A DNA stretch of 64,000 nt, from NCBI RefSeq assembly GCF_009914755.1, contig NC_060933.1. One strand, given 5' to 3'. This DNA is from the human T2T-CHM13v2.0 reference genome, Homo sapiens. The translations under genes and the position numbers were made by a program. Positions 1-15,349 of this stretch are shown piece after piece. A model generated the notes under the pieces. That model worked only from the letters and a program-made list of their open reading frames with translations. It was not told the origin of the DNA and ran no database searches. Every line of letters starts with the position of its first letter. Positions within the stretch are counted from its first letter, which is position 1.

Positions 1-46
1 TTCTGTTTCTAAATTCTGCCTTAAATCCAGGTTTTATAAAACTATC

Positions 47-376
<330 letters not shown>

Positions 377-1062
377 TCATATCACTCTAATACCTTAAGA
401 TATATTATCAAAATCTCCTACTTAATCAAGCCCTGTAATCTCCCAGCAGTGAAACTCATACATACGTGGGACGGGGAAAAAAACAAAAAAACACCTTTTC
501 TTATTGCTGGAAACCTAGAGTAGTTTTGAATTAGAAATTCAGAGTTGCTTTGAGTTACTGTTATTCCATGAGAAAAACAGTATTTTATGGATATTTCTAA
601 ACTTAAAAAGATAGATCTAACCAAAGATGGCTTCTCCCAGTGATTTTTGATCTTTCTAGGGGCAGTATATAATCCATTGCAGGAAGCTGTGGTGCTATCA
701 GAAGCTGAAACATCAAGAACCCAGATTATTCACATTCCCCTGCCTCCTATCTCCTCTCTCTCTCCTTCCCCCACTGCCCCACTCATTGATCATTTACTAT
801 TTCTTTTCACAGTGAATTATGCTTTTATCATGAATAGTATCTAGGTTTATAAGTGTACAGTAATATAAATTCTAAATTCTTCGGTTTAAATGTATTAATT
901 TTCTCTCATACTTTACATCCTAGAATGATTATCTTGGATTATGGTGTTCCTAGACATTCTTGGAGTATTCTTTATCCCAAACTATTTCAAATTTAGAGCT
1001 TCAATATCTAAAAGACTGTTAGTAAAATTAATTTATTATTTTACCTGCTCACCTCTTTGCTA

Positions 1063-1380
1063 CACTGGGTCTTTCCTATCTGTGGATTCTATATCCATGG
1101 ACTCAAAGGGACACAGATTGAAAATATTTGAGAAAAAACAATAAAAATAGCAATACAACAATAAAAATAATACAAAAATACAGCATAACAACTATTTACA
1201 GAGCATTTACATTGTATTAGGCATGATAAGTAATCTAGAGTTTATTTAAATTATATAGAAGGATGTGTGTGAGTTTTATGTAAATACTATACCATTTTTA
1301 ATCAGGGACTAGAGCATCTGCAGATTTCGATATCTGAGGGGTCTTGAAACCAATACTTCACAAATACTAAAAGAAGATTG
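1063..1380 (-). mobile_element. MER2-like TcMar-Tigger non-autonomous DNA transposon
   Basis: Matches recalled MER2 core (ACAACTATTTACA..GCATTTACATTGTATTAGG..AAGTAATCTAGAG); decayed TIRs; TA dinucleotide on both sides (1061-1062, 1381-1382). Confidence 0.8.
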
Positions 1381-2199
1381 TACTTCTGTATCTATCTGTT
1401 TTTTGTACAATTGAAAGATTCAGATTCTTCCCTTTTTATCTCAGTTTATAAGCACCCCCCATAGTTTTTCTTTCATCTAAACAAATGATGGACCATTTAA
1501 AACAGAAATTTCATGCCCACATTCTTAGTGTTTAAATCTCTTCATTTATGTTCTACCTTCCATGATGATCACAAGTACTGGATCACTGTACCAATTTTTT
1601 TTCTCTTTCTGTATCTTGATATCAGAATGACATTAGAAGAAACCACGTATTTGTGTAGATTATGACACTCTAAACCTCATCTGGTCTATATGAACTAGTT
1701 AAACATGATCTTTATCAGTCACCTTTTCCATTTCCCACATAAGTTATTCCAAATGGATACAAAGCACCTCAAGTCCCTCATATTTCCACCGCTACAAATG
1801 CAAAGGGTGAATATAATCATATGGGAAATTGTGGTTATTAGTAAGATTCCTTCAATGTCCTGTCTGTATCTCTTTATATAACAAATAAAAAGAAAAGCAG
1901 CCGAATTAGAATTTTACTCATTTTCACATCTTTTTCTATAGGCCCACAGGATGAGCTTTTCACCATTCCCTTTTTAGAGGGGATTTTTCCACCAGTGACT
2001 TTGATTTCTATACTTTCATTTCTACCATAACCTGAATTCTGATCTCAAGTATTTTCAACTAATGTTCAGACACGGTGGCTCTGTCATAGTTCTTACAGTC
2101 AAGTCTCTTATTTTTCTCTCACAATTTCCACCTCCGAGTAGAAACTACCCTAAATCCTCGCCTTTCATTTTCAGTCAAGTTTCTGAAAAGAATATTCTA

Positions 2200-2745
<546 letters not shown>

Positions 2746-3190
2746 TCTACTAACTCAGACAATGGTTTCTCATTCCTCTCTCATGTACTCCAAATACTTT
2801 CTACTTCTACTTCTCCCCTAAAACAGTTCTTTTGAAGGGCACTAATATCTCCCTTGATTTCCAAGTCCAGTTAATTATTTTTAGTTTTTGTATTATTTTT
2901 TCATACTGAGTCTCAACTTTTCTTTAAAAGCCTTGCTTTCTATGACATCATTCTTTCCAAATCCATTTCTATATTTTTCTCAGTTTTCAGTTCTGGTTCT
3001 TTTTCTCCTTCCTTCCTCTCAAAGGCCACTGTTTCCCAACCTTCTGCTCTTTGCTCCTTTTTCGTCCTTCTTTGTAAGCACCCTCATGACTCCCTCCTCT
3101 TGCAGGGTTCCATTATTACACATTATGTTTCTGTAGCCCGTACAGACTTTTGCTGTATAACATCAGATTCACATTTAAGAACCTACTAAT

Positions 3191-3503
<313 letters not shown>

Positions 3504-3603
3504 CTACTAAGTCCTTCCAGAATGGTGTTCCAGATCCACCTCAAATACCACGTTTCTGTCAAACAGCAGCTTCTCCACCTGAACTATTCTTTCTTTAGTA
3601 TCA

Positions 3604-3987
<384 letters not shown>

Positions 3988-4107
3988 TCAGAAATGTTGA
4001 TGTAATTGATCTGGGGTACCTAGACATTGAGATTTTAAAAATATTTCAGGTGCCCCTAAAAGGTTCAGGCAATCTGAAAGTTAGGAAGCACAAGAATGAA
4101 TTTTAGT

Positions 4108-4290
4108 ATCAGGGTATTCAAAGGTGGTTTCATATTAGAATCACCAGGAGAGCAATTTTTAAATACTATTGTAGACCCAAACCCATTTCAACTGAATAAG
4201 AATCTCTGAGGTTGGATTTCAGGAATTCGTATTTTTTTAAAGTTCCGCAGGTGATGCTTATGTGTAGGCAAGGTTGAAAACCATTGCTTT
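4108..4290. mobile_element. MER5A-like hAT-Charlie element
   Basis: CATATTAGAATCACCAGGAGAGC..AGAATCTCTG..CAGGTGATGCTTATGTG..GGTTGAAAACCATTG. Confidence 0.7.
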
Positions 4291-7200
4291 AGTAGTTTCA
4301 TCTCAATGAATGGCACTGTTTTCCACACAATTGCTCATCCAGGACTGGGAGTCATGTTAAACCCAGACTTTATCCTCACCTTTCTCTTATTCCACACTCA
4401 AATAAAATCCACATCCCATGAATCCTACATTTATAAAATATTCCTTTTAAACATCTTCTTTTGAATGTCTAATGGCCATTTCAAGTTTTAACATACATAA
4501 AATTAAGTTTTTGACATTTCTACCCAAAACAGGACTTGCAAAGTCCAAAATATCATTTTGACATTTTTTCCTAAAATAGTACTACAAATAAAAAATCAGT
4601 ATTGCCAATTTTTTGAAGCGAACTTATTTGAATAATATAGACTTTTTAAAAAGATCTTTGGATTTTGTTTTTCTTTGTTCCTTTAGGAAAGAGTATTAAA
4701 TAATAATATTTAAGATTATAGTACTTTGAGTATATTTAGATAGAATGATAGAACAAGAAATTTAAAGAACTTCTGTTGTTGGAAGAAAAAAACTTATAAA
4801 AAGATTTCATCTCTTTGTCATGAGTTAAAAACAAACATTTTAAATGTCAATAAATTTCCAAAGGAAATTTGGCTTATAGTAAAAAAAAGGAAGAAGTAGT
4901 AGTATATTGAGAGTTAGTCTCAGCTCCTTGAACTTGAGATGTTTCTGTCTATGCCCGTTTCTTGTCTTTTTAAAAATAATTTAAATTTAGAGCAATAATC
5001 TGTTATATTATCCTCTGTTTTTAATATTGATTCATATAATTTCTTAGTGTGCTGCTTCTTTTGTTCTTTCAAGAAAAATGAAACTACCCAGAGATGGATT
5101 TGCAATCTAGGTTTTCACTACCTTTTGTGCCCCTGAGAGCCAGTAAATCCAGTCTGTTTTGATAATATTTTAGCCATGACACAGGCCAGTCATGGCAAGG
5201 AAAAAAAATGAATTCATAAGAAAAAAATCTGTATATTTGTGAAAAAATCAGGATCTATCATATCCCAAGTTTATTTGGTGGCATTAACATATAATAGTCC
5301 ATTTGCTTACTCCCCATAAATATGTAAAAAGGCAAAGAGAAAGTAAAAAATAAAATTATTCTTCCACTCACACAAGTGGCTGAATAGGCCTAATCAATAT
5401 TAACTTCATTGTTCCCCCATAATTCTATATGTTTAGCTTTTAAACCTCTATCTTTTAAATATGCTATTTTTATTAATTTGAAGTTAATCAACTAAAATAG
5501 GTTCATTCCTTTCACTTTACCAGTATTACAAGTGACTGTCTAGGAGCCTGAGTTCTAATGAGGCAGCCATTCCAAACATGTACAGACAAAGCAGTGGTTT
5601 CCCTGGCAACGAGAACCATGAAAAAGCTCTTAGAATAGTTATTCCCACCCTTACACACAACTCCTTTTCATTTCAGTAAAGCTTCCTGTCAGAACACATT
5701 CATCAATGTAATTTGCCAACAAAGTTTAAGAGATTAAATCCCCCTCCCCACAAGAATGTAAAAATAAAAAAAACAAAATAAAACCTACAATCAAAAATCA
5801 ACAGCTATGCTGAAATTGTAGTTAGGTCATGAGGTAATGCTTCAAAGGAAGTAAAGGATATCCTAAGACTCCTGAATACAGTTAACACCACTTTGAACCT
5901 GAGATTAATTTTCATTTGATTTTTATCAGAGGATACAGAAGGTAGATGCATCAGGAGGAGGGGCAGGTGCCTTTAATCATTACCTCTAGCATTATCACTT
6001 ACAACCTCAAAGCAGCTTTTATTTAATTTAGTAAAAGTTTATAAAAATTTAAATTATTGTATGCATCAAATTAAGATTTAAGATGTCCTTCATAAACATT
6101 AACCTTTTGTTGGTGATGTTTACCAAGAAAGGTAAACTCTGAAAACATGATGTCATCGTTTCAATTGGTGGAATTAAGTAAAAGATTTTCAAATGAAGCA
6201 CTTGAACCTATTTTCTATCTATGCATGCAGTAGAAAAAAGCACACAAAACAGGCAGCATTTTGTGTCATGTGGCATTTCAAACAAGAGGGAAAACACATC
6301 TGGAAATAAAAGGTGTTTAGTTGAAAGAATTGACCTTAAATAAAACAATTGCAACACTTGATTTGGGCTTCTTACTGGAAATCAAATTCTTTGAGTTTAA
6401 AATACACCTACTAAATGTAATACAAAACCAAAATAACACACTTTCAGCATTTCTCAAAATGTTAGCACCCAGCAAATGCAGAGTTTACAGTTCTAGTGAT
6501 TTTCCCTGTTCTTTTCATGGAATGCATATCTAACCCGTTTTTCAGCCAGCATGCTACAGCAAAGGAAGATTCATGTTGTCCAGGGCTATTTCTTTAAAAC
6601 AGTATGGAAATTACTTTTACCATAAATTAGGTTGTGCTTTAATGCTGAGAAAGGTCTATTTTGCCTTCATTTTGACCCATGACATACTTAGCCTTACAAC
6701 AGCATAATGAGCATAATGAGGTCAAAACTAACACTGCAAAATAAAACACACACCCCCACACAAACACACATTATTTCTCAAGGAAGATGAAAAAAAAAAA
6801 AAGGTCACATTGATTTTCTTTTTTTTAAAGCGGGACATTCTCACTACTTTTTTCACCTGAAGATTGAAAAGGAAACTCATTTCAGTTTGTAACATTGCAC
6901 TGACTGTTCCAGACACAAAATGAATCAAGTCTCCTGTTGGATTATGTGGTTAGCATTTCTTCTCTTCTCTGGTGAGATAATTCGTTACTTAGGACAGCTG
7001 TGGTATAAAAACTCAAACATTGTCTTTTGCAGAATGGATTTGAAAAGTGGGCCCCCATTCTATTTTTGTTAGAAAATAATAAAATCACAAATTTTATCAT
7101 GTATCAAAAATGAAAAGTGAAATATAAATGTGAAAGGTCTGATATTTACTTAATGAATATTTACCAAATACTTAGCATTTGCATATTAAGTACAAGCCTC

Positions 7201-10200
7201 AGGGAAAAAAATGTAGCCGTGTTTAAATCTCAACTTTATTTCTTCCCCTTGCTTTATTTTTTGAAAAATAAGAAATATTCACATTAAAGAAAAAAGAGAA
7301 CATATTTAAAAATATTTTCATCTATATTCTAGTCTAACCAGAGTATCTATAATTTATATTAGTTACCAAATGTATTAGACAAATTAAAACACAAGAGTTT
7401 TTATTATTATAATGCTTTTTTAAAATATGGACATTCACAATTTTATGCTTACAAGAGAATATATAATTCAAGTACTCCCATGAAATAAAGTACCAGTTCT
7501 CTACAATCAAACCTACAGTGCTAAACGTCAGCTGAAAATTACTTATAAAACTTTCAATTAAACTTTTACTAGTTTAGGTATTCTCTTCATAGTTGAGAAT
7601 ATAATGCAAATAAAAGTTGAGTATGCCTCCCTGCCTCCAACTAGGACATAAAGTTGATCTTCCATGTCATGTTTCTTAAAAGTAACTCTAAAATAAGTTT
7701 CTTTCAAACCTTCTAAATTATTCTCTTTCCCTAATGGCTTGTTGTATTCTTCCCCAGCAGAAATGACTAAAATAGCCCTATTGCACTTAATCTAATTAGG
7801 GATTTTTGGAGAAATGGTGGTTACATAGTTCTCATTAACTGACTAAAAAACTGTACCATCTCCAGAGGTATAGATATTAAAAAGCGGGGGAGGGGGATGA
7901 TTCCTTTTAAAGCTCCAGAAATGAATGTAAGTGTTCATATTCTGGTACATTAACAGTTTGTTCCAGTACATTGATATTTTATGTGGAAGCCCTACTCTGC
8001 AATTAATATGCCTGATGCAAATTGAAAAACCCATAATCCATCCTTCTCTGTTGGAATGTAAGAGTATATTATTATTGAGAAGCTACAGGATACCAGAACC
8101 ATTTTTTAAACTTGACTGCTCACTACCTTAAATCTGCATATAAAACAGTTTTGCATTCAGACGAGGTAATACATACCGGAATATATTGTGGCGCATATTA
8201 AAAAAAGTGCTCCAAATAAAAACGACCTGTGGGCTTCCTTTGTAGAAGAAATTTATGCAGTTCCAGGCATTAGGGATTAATGATAGCTAAGAGCAAAAGA
8301 GAAGGAATGAGCATTAAAACATTGTGCCTAACTTTCCTGACTACCCCAAGGCTAAAAGACAAAGTGAATTGTCAAATCTCCTTAAAGGTAAGGACTATGA
8401 ATTTATATTAAGTAAATATGATATTTGGGGATTGCATCTGGTTCTGTCACATTAGTATTCAGAATATTTCTTATAGCTTTAAAGGAGAAAAGACAACCTT
8501 AATGGAGGTATGAGAGAAGAAAGATTTTAAAAATCCTTTGTTTCTAACAGCTTAGAGAGCCTCTTTCCTTTGTCTTGTTTCCAAAATTATGCATACAATT
8601 CTTCACAGGACATAAAATGCTATTGTCTGCTATGACTGACAAAATCCAAGATTTTAATGAAATTATACTGTAACTATTTTAAAGGGAAGGGGAATCACAC
8701 ATCCCTAAGAGATTCAAATGTAATATATTCTCAAAAATGGAAAGATCCCAGGGATACAGATTTCTTTCTTTCACGGATTTCTCCTAAGCCTGTTCAATTC
8801 ATTTGATCATCACCGCCTGTGATCTGGGTTTTATTAACATTTCAGCATTTGATTGGACCCTTCTTACCTCTCTGTCTATCCATCACTTAAGACATTTAGT
8901 GCTGCCTACTGGCAGTTATCTGTGTAATTGTTTTATTTCACTCACTAAGTGATAAGATCCTTGAGGCAAGACGCTATGCCATATGGCCTGTATCTTCCAC
9001 AACAAGTAATCACATTGATTCAAAAGATTCCCTCACAATACATTTTTATTGCAAAAATGATTTTGTATTTATCCATTTTGGAAAAGAAATTTTATCTCTT
9101 GAGCCCCTAAAAATGGAATTGTACACATTAAGACCCTTACACATATCACATAATAATCTTCAGGGTCAAACATTATAGTTTTCACCTGCTGCTATTCCTT
9201 TGCAGTAGACTAGAATAGAGAATTATATAAAACTTCTATGACTGTCAAAAAAATGATATATTTTTTGAAATCATGTAAAATCAACCTTCTTTATTTTACA
9301 GATATAGAAATTTAGATCTGTAAGGACCATCAGTGTGGTGAAGGTCACATGGTAAGTTAATTACAGAATCAAATTTTTCCCTTTCATTTCAATCTGTTTT
9401 TAAGTTTTACATGATTCCACTTTCAGGAAAAAGCAATTAAAATACAGACTGGCTTTGGTAAGAGTGATATATATTTTTATGTTTCAGACCAGCATGTTGT
9501 TTCATGCTGATGTTAAAAGATAATGGTTGATATCAGATAAATACCCACACATACACACAAACACAAACTAACTTGGGGTCCAATAAAATAAGACTGGGTG
9601 GTTCACATATTTTTCCATTAGTGCAAATATTTTACAGAGATAATTTTCTTTGATAAAATCTGTGTTCTTAAAACTGATTAACACATAGTCCTTACTAGAA
9701 ACTCTTTACAAAAAAAAAAAAAAAACAACAACAAAAAAACAAAAATGAGAGTGCAAAAATTGAGAGAATAAGTCAAAGGAGAAAGAGAAGTTCTCCCATA
9801 ACTGAAATTCATTGTACCTGTACATTAATCAAAGAACAAAATTGACTGTCATGTGATTTGACTCATGCTAAAATGTCCCTCACAATGAAAATAATCTCTT
9901 TTATTGGCCCCTCACAGTGTTTAAAATTTTTCACCATTTAAAAAAAAATTGACTTAAAATACTTCATCTTCTGACATTTTTGTTCACAAAAATAGTAAAA
10001 GTAAAGGAAAAAGGTAGATAATATACCAACTTTGCAGGGTATTGCAGGAAGTTCAGAGAGGGAAAGAAAGAGGAACTATAAATAGTTATCATAAATTACA
10101 GCTAAATATTTTAGTTTAGCATAAAGAGGGTATGATGAATGTAAACAACATCACATATAGTTCAAAGTAGAGTTGTGGAATTACTTTTCCATGACAATGT

Positions 10201-10231
10201 TTAAGAATTGTACAGCTTTGCTGTTATCTAG

Positions 10232-12637
10232 TGATGTGTCCCCACCCAAATCTCACCATGAATTCCCATGTGTTGTCAGAGGGACCTGGTGGGAGGTAAT
10301 TAAATCATGGGAGCAGGTCTTTCCCATGCTGTTCTCATGATAGTAAATTTCATGTGATCTGATAATTTTATAAAGGGAAGTTTCCCTGCACAAGCTCTCT
10401 TCTCTTGTCTGCTGCCATGTGAGACATGCCTCTCACCTTCTGCAATGATTATGAGGCCTCCCCAGCCACATGGAACTGTAAGATCATTAAACCTCTTTCT
10501 TTTGTAAATTGCCCAGTCTTGGGTATGTCTTTATCAGCAGTATAAAAACAGACTAATACAGTAAATTGGTACCAGGAGTGGGGTGGGACTCTGCTCTAAA
10601 GATAACTGAAAATGTGGAAGCAACTTTGGAACTGGATAACAGGCAGAGGTTGGAACAGTCTGGAGGGCTCAGAAAACAACAGAAAAATGTGGGAAAGTCT
10701 GGAACTCCCTAGAGACTTGTTCTACGGCTTGACCAAAATGCTGATAGTGATATGGACAATGCAATCCAGTCTGAGGTGGTCTCAGATGGACATGAGGAAC
10801 TTGTTGGAAACTGGAACAAAGGTGACTCTTGTTATGTTTTAGCAAAGAGACTTGTGGCATTTTGCCCCTGCCCTAGAGATTTGTGGAACTTTGAACTTGA
10901 GAGAGATGATTTACGGTATCTGGCAAAAGAAATGTCTAAGCAGCAAAGCATTCAAGAGGTGACTTTTTAGCCGGACATGGTAGTGTGCGCCTGTAGTCTC
11001 AGCTACTCGGGAGGCCGAGACAGGAGAATTGCTTGAACCCAGGAGGGGGAGGTTGCAGTGAGCTGAGATCATACCCCACTGCACTCCAGCCTGGGTGACA
11101 GAGTGAGACTCCCAAAAAAAAAAAGATGTGACTTGTGTGGTGTTAAAAGCATTCAGTTTTAAAAGGAAAACAGATCATAAAAGTCTAGAAAATTTGCAGC
11201 CTGACAATGTGATAGAAAAGAAAATCCCATTTTCTGAGGAGAAATTCAAGCTGGCTGCAGAAATTTGCATAAGTAGCAAGGAGCTGAAAGTTAGTCACCA
11301 AGACAATGGGGAAAATGTGTACAGGGCATGTCAGAGACCTTTGTGGCAGTCCTTCTCCTCACAGGCTGGGAGGTTTTAGAGGAAAAAATGGTTTCATGAG
11401 GCAGGCTCAGGTTCCCTCTATGTGCAGTCTAGGGACCTGGTGCCCTGCATCCCAGCTGCTCTAGCCATGACTAAAAGGGGCCAAGGTACAGCTCAGGCCG
11501 TGGCTTCCAAGGGTGCTAGCCCCAAGCCTTGGCAGGTTTTACATGTTGAGCCTGAGGGTACACAGAAGTCACGAATTGATTTGGCAACCTCTGCCTAGAT
11601 TTCAGAGAACGTATGGAAGCACCTGGATGTTCAAGCAGAAGTTTGCTGCAGGGGCAGGGTGCTCATGGAGAACCCCTGCTAGGATATTGTGAAATGGAAA
11701 TGTGGGGTGGGCACCCCCACACAGAGTCCCCACTGGGGCACTGCCTAGTGGAGATGTGAAAAGAATGCCATCATCCTTCAGACCCCAGAATGGTAGCTGT
11801 ACCGACAGCTTGCACTGTGCACCTGAAAAAGCTGCAGACACTCAATGCCAGCCCATGAAAGTGGCTGGGAGGGAGGCTGTGTCCTGCAAAGACAGAGGTG
11901 CAGAGCTGTTCAAGACCATGGGAACCTCCTCTTGGATCAGTGTGACCCAAATATGAGACATGGGGTCAAAAGAGATCATTTTGGACCTTTAATATTTGAC
12001 TGCCCTGCTGGATTTCAGAATTTCATGGGGCCTTTGTTTTAGCCATTGTTTTTTCCATTTGCAACAGCTGTACTTACCCAATGCCCGTACCCCCATTGTA
12101 TGTAGGAAGTAACTAATTTTCTTCTTATTTTACTGACTCATAGGTGGAAGGGACTTGCCTTGTCTCTGATAAAACTTTGGACTGTGAACTTTTGAGTTAA
12201 TGCTGAAATGAGTTAACACTTTGGAGGACTGTTTAAAAGGCGTGATTGGTTTTGAAGTGTGTGGACATAAGATGTGGGAGGGGCCAGGGTGAAATGATAA
12301 GGTTTGGCTGTGTCCCCACCCAAATCTCATCTTGAATTGCCATGTGTTGTTTGAGGGACCCAGTGAGAGGTACTGAATCATGGGGGCAGGTCTTTCCCAT
12401 GCTGCTCTGGTGACAGTGAATAAGTCTCATGAGACCTGATGGTTTTATAAAGGAGACTTTCCCTGAACAAGCTCTCTTCTCTTATTTGCTGCCATGTGAG
12501 ATTTGCCTTTAAACTTCCAACACAATTGTGAGGCATCCCCAGCCACCTGGAACTGTAAGTCCATTAAACCTTCTTCTTTTGTAAATTGCCTAGTCTTGGG
12601 TATATTTTTATCAGCAGCGTGAAAACAGACTAATACA
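10232..12637 (+). mobile_element. THE1A-type ERVL-MaLR, two LTRs plus internal region
   Basis: 5' LTR 10232-10560 and 3' LTR 12295-12637, both ending GACTAATACA; THE1 internal sequence between; 5-bp TSD TCTAG/GCTAG. Confidence 0.93.
10966..11122 (+). mobile_element. 5'-truncated Alu (right monomer only) inside THE1 internal region
   Basis: Starts at TTAGCCGG, ends in poly-A; TSD AAGA(G/T)GTGACTT at 10954-10965 and 11123-11134. Confidence 0.9.
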
Positions 12638-12804
12638 GCTAGGGTGGTTAAGATAGAGATATGGGCAAGATAGAAATCCTTAACAATAAATACATACATT
12701 ACATTGTTTCTTCCATCTAGGATGGTTCTTTTAACCTACAGGTAATCACTTTGTGTGTTTCATTAAGGTATTTTCAAAATCTCTTTGAACAGCATAACTT
12801 TTAA

Positions 12805-13040
12805 AAGCAAGTACTAATACTTTATAAAAGTATTTCATAAAGTAGTTTACAGTAACTGAGGTTGATTTGTGCCGTTAAGGAAAAAACTTTTACTTTTTTA
12901 TTACTAAAAATGTATGTAAATCTCACTGGCACTGAATGCATTTTTCAAACAAATAAAGAGGCTTGAAATGGTGAACAGCTATTCTTTTCTGCCTACTAGG
13001 GATGAGAAAGTACAGGCTGTTTTCAAATTAAAACCGGAAG
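12805..13040 (+). repeat. Dispersed direct duplication, copy 1 (236 bp)
   Basis: Identical to 15829-16060 except 2 substitutions and a 4-bp indel. Confidence 0.97.
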
Positions 13041-13999
13041 CATATACAATGAGACATTATGTGGACTGTTGTGACTATTAGGGTTGTTAGATCATGTGCT
13101 GTGTTACTGTGGGATGTTTGGGAGGATCCTTTGAATATATTTTATTATCAAAAATTTTATTTTTCTGATGTATATAATCAGAAACTCTTGAAGTAGACAA
13201 CTATATAAATATTAAATGCTCACTTCCAATATAATATTCATTTGATTAATAAAACTGGAGACAATTTATCTTAGTTGGTGGATTATACTATACTCATCCT
13301 TGGTAGATTATACCATAAAACTGAAGTATTTCCACCTCAGGAAATATTCCCACCAGTTAAGTTGATGTGCATTGCCAGAGTATAGTTACTTTGTTGAATT
13401 TCCACATGTAAACTCTTTTATTGAATTAGATATGTAGAAAAGTCATTGTTCTATGCTTCATCACCAGTTACAAGTGGCATTTGTTCTTCTCTATATAAAC
13501 TTAACATAGAAAAATTATAACCTACCTATCTGTATATTCTACACAATATAACTGCTAATTTTATCATCGGTGAGATGGTACAAATAATTCAACTGTCAAA
13601 TTAGACTCATATGAAATAGAAATGTTTAATCATTTTTAGGATATAAAAGTCTAGTGTCTAGAGGCTCAGGGAGAACTAAGGTGAGAGGTTGAGTATTCAC
13701 TGGATCTCTTCCTACTACGATAAATAAGTTCTGGCACATTACTTACACAAAAGATAAAAAGTATCAGTAATAAACACTTCCATTTTATAATCAAATAGGC
13801 ACAAAGGATGCATAATATTTTCCAGGAAGCGATGCCCCATATATCCATAGATTCTAGGGTTGCTTTTTTTTTTTTTTAACACAGGAGATGCTAAACAACC
13901 AAGTACATGCTGCTAAAAACACCTTGCAGATAAAAACCCTCCCACTAGCTAACGTAACTAGCTTGTTTGCAAAAAGTCTGCTTTTAGCATGTTTACAAA

Positions 14000-14383
14000 T
14001 GTATTAGTCTGCTAGGGCTATTATAACAAAGTATCATCAACCAGGTGGCTTAAGAGTGGGAATTTATTTTCTCACAGTTCTGGAGGCTAGAAGTCTAAGA
14101 TCAAGGTGTCAACAGGTTTGGTTCCTCCTGCGACCTCTCTCCTTTGCTTGCACATGGCTGCCTCCTTACTGTGTTCTCACATTGCCTTTTCTTGATGCAA
14201 GCACTTCACTGGTGTCTTTTCCTCTTCTTAAAAGGACACCAGTCCTATTGGACTAGGGTCCCATTCATATGACCTTAATTAACCTTAATTACCTCTTTAA
14301 AGGCCATATCTCCAAATGCAGTCACTTTGCGGGTTAGAGACTCAACATATAGGTTATAGGGGAACTTGATTTATTTCATAACA
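14000..14383 (-). mobile_element. MLT1A-type MaLR solo LTR
   Basis: TGTATTAGTC..CTCACAGTTCTGGAGGCTAGAAGTC..AAGGACACCAGTC..CATAACA. Confidence 0.85.
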
Positions 14384-15254
14384 ACAGGGATATGACTTTT
14401 ATTTCCTTGTCCTCTATATAAAGGAAGAGCCTAGATAGCAGATCTGCTTCCCATCCTTTTTTTCTCAACGAAGAAGGATTTATGTTTTCCAAAAACAAAA
14501 AAAAACAAAAAACTCTTGAATTTTATCTCACGAGAGCAAATAAATTCAATCATTCAGCCCCTAAATGCCTCAAAAGTCTGTAGAATAGAGCAGCTTCAAA
14601 AGAACAAGTGGGAAGTAATGAGGAAGAGTAAGAGACAAAGCTTCACAAAGGCTGTGTTAAAGAAGAACTCTTACTCCTAGTGAATTCTGAGATGATATCA
14701 CAGACTCAATTTATATGCAAACCTGAATTTAAGTGTACTAAAAATATAAAATTCACTTTGGAGCTAATGAAGTAACTTTTCATCCAAAAAAAATATATTA
14801 CTTTAAGTATTTCTCCTGTAGTAAAAGTATTTACCGTTTTATTCATAGCTTTGGATTGAGCAAATATATCTTAAGATATATGTGTCATAATATAGACTAT
14901 AACATAAAATGCGGGTGAACACAGTAACTCACTTTTACATCATAATCAAGTCATTAGCTTCTCATTTCCGCAATTAAAAGAAATATGTCTTATGAGCTAT
15001 TCAAAATCTTAGGTTAGAGAAAGTTACCAAGTAATTAGCTGCCATTCTGGACACACAGAAATTAGAGTAACAAAACCAGTTCACACATAGATACATTCTT
15101 TGAGAGACAGAATAGTGGATTAACCACAAATATAAAGTAGAGAATGCAGAGAATGCCCCTGATGGAATTCTCAAGAAAACAATTTCTAGTGCACACAGTT
15201 GGCTGCCTAACCCTCTTACATTTTCCTTATCTTTCTTTTTTTTAACAGAATCCA

Positions 15255-15346
15255 TATTTTATTCAGATATCCATTCTATCTGTAAATCGTCCCTGTGTTT
15301 AGGGAAAGATCAGCTTTATCCATAGAAGGGATATCTGAATAAAATA
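15255..15346. repeat. Inverted repeat, 25-bp arms (24/25 match), 42-nt spacer
   Basis: TATTTTATTCAGATATCCATTCTAT (15255-15279) versus ATAGAAGGGATATCTGAATAAAATA (15322-15346). Confidence 0.92.
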
Positions 15347-15349
15347 AAC

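Noticed and set aside
7843-8170. Possible exons (GAAT|GTAAGT donor; TTCAG-ACGAG-GTAATA)
   Set aside because: No consistent acceptor-donor pair with a recognisable peptide.
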